Positions 62,401 through 64,000 of a stretch of DNA of 64,000 nucleotides are shown in pieces. The notes under the pieces were generated by a model. The model was given only the letters and a program-made list of their open reading frames with translations. It had not been told where the DNA came from and did not search any database. The DNA is taken from positions 744,001-808,000 of the forward strand of contig MU057801.1 of assembly GCA_013265495.1 (NCBI GenBank), in the 5' to 3' direction. The stretch's first letter is position 1; every line of letters begins with the position of its first letter. The position numbers and the translations under genes were made by a program. This DNA comes from Vicugna vicugna. Taxonomy: Eukaryota.

Positions 62401-64000
62401 TACTGCCACCAAGGGCAACCCCAGGCTGCCTGTTTTGATTGCTCATGGGACTCTTTGCATTCTTATTTTCTGTTAGGGAAAAAAAGCTACAAACTAACAC
62501 ATTCAAGTGTTTTCCCTGTATCAGCTTTCACCCTGAGATGCCCCCGAGAACCTACGCCTACCGAAAACTCCCAAGAAAGAAGGGATGACGACCCTTTATA
62601 AGAAGGAAATGCAAAACCCAACGCTCAAGAAACAGGAAACCCAATTCATAGTTTCCCAGATGATGTGTTACTGTCCCCTGAAAAGATGTATTATTTTCTC
62701 CTCCTAAAGAATTCTCCTATTAGTTCCTTTTCTAATAGGAAACTGTTAGTTTCTTTTCTTTCCAAATATCTGTCAGGCAAGGAGATTTAATACTGAACTT
62801 TAAACTTGACTATAAATCACTTTATATGAGAATTTCAATTCAGAAAAGACTCAAAAACTTTTGGAAACTGTACCACCCATTTTGACATGTCTGATGGGTG
62901 CCTGATAGCAAAGTAATGCCCGAAGGGAAAGAAACCTAACCGTTCCTCTAAATTTATTCAAGCAGATGTGTTCAGAGCTGTGCCTTCCAACCACGACGTC
63001 GTCTGCTTTGGATATATTTTCATTTCTTTTATCATCAAAACAGTAATAACATTTCAGTATTAAATCGTGGATATACATCAACATTAGAGAAAAATAAGCA
63101 CATGAGGAGGTACCGTGAGAACATCTATAAGTAAAAAAAAAAAAAAACCTTTGAATGATAATGTGAAAAAATCAAGAATCATGGAAACCATCTAAATAGT
63201 AAATACGATTTGAATAAAAGATGATGCACAAAGGCTACCGAGACAAAGTTACAGAAGGTCAGAAGCCAGCAAAGGTGTGTTCATGGCCTCACACCTGCCC
63301 CCAGTGTACAAAGGGCTGCCACTGGGCTTCATGTTAGACCAGGCATATCTCTTAATTTACAACTGGGTGTTAGAGTTTCTAAAAATGAATGCAGATTTTG
63401 GAATGTCAACAAAAACTATTTATTCAAAACGGAGAAATTCACCATACTGTTTGCTTTCCTTGCAAATTCCTGTAATTTTCTAGAAAATAAAAAGAACCTC
63501 AAAATAATTATTGGGAGAACATAATCATTCTTGGGAAACACAACGTAAGAATACAAATTCTTTTCCTAATCTACATATGGACATAAGTCTTCAATTTAAC
63601 TATTTTTACCTGGTCTTGCAGACAGGATTCTTAGTTGCAAACAACAAAAATTGACTGGCTATTTAAGCAAAAGACAATTCTTTCGAAGAATATTGGCTGT
63701 CAAAATCAATGGGGGGTTGGAAAACCAGGCTTAGGAAATAACTAGAGAATTAGATCCTGATGCAGCACGGGGGCCTGCAAGGGTCCTAGAGCAGAGCATG
63801 CGAGGCGGGGGGGGGGGAGCAGCACGCTGTGGTTTCCATGACAATGAGGGCCCTCCCTCACCCCTTCGGTTCTCAGGCTCAAAGTCTCCAGAACATCCGA
63901 TTGTGTAAGCGTTGGTCAGAGGCCCCTTTGTGTGGCCACCCCTGAGGCTCCTCTGGGTCAGGAAATCTGAAGCGGCAGAGCTGTTTGCGACTAGGAGGTG

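Noticed and set aside
57400..64000. Neighbouring protein-coding gene or processed pseudogene upstream
   Set aside because: Only short ORFs and old repeat fragments; nothing I could recognise as coding.
1..64000. CRISPR array, operon or other prokaryote-type system
   Set aside because: Spliced mammalian locus; no regularly spaced repeat-spacer array or gene-dense region.

Overview
Mammalian genomic DNA, probably camelid (tRNA-derived SINEs resemble the camelid Vic-1 family; this is recognition from memory, not a database result). The window holds the 5' end of RALGAPA2 on the minus strand. Its CpG-island promoter lies at ~56.3-57.1 kb, and coding exons 1-4 (106, 111, 53 and 58 nt, all GT-AG) join into one open frame. 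The gene continues beyond the left edge. The rest is intronic or upstream sequence rich in transposable elements: L1 copies with target-site duplications (TSDs), SINEs, an ~8.6 kb decayed ERV1-class provirus carrying a nested solo LTR and a nested L1, plus ERVL/MaLR LTRs, hAT MITEs and L2 relics. There is a 303-N assembly gap. I found no convincing new multi-gene system. The most interesting observations: (1) a TSD-bounded L1 insertion at 14631-15741 that carries ~340 nt of non-L1 DNA, including a 25-nt exon-like cassette; (2) clustered AT-to-GC changes in old repeats plus an orphan intronic CpG island, suggesting GC-biased gene conversion; (3) a MER41-like solo LTR with a palindromic TTCN4GAA site; (4) paired inverted ZNF143/THAP11 motifs at the promoter. 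Repeat family names are approximate and unverified.
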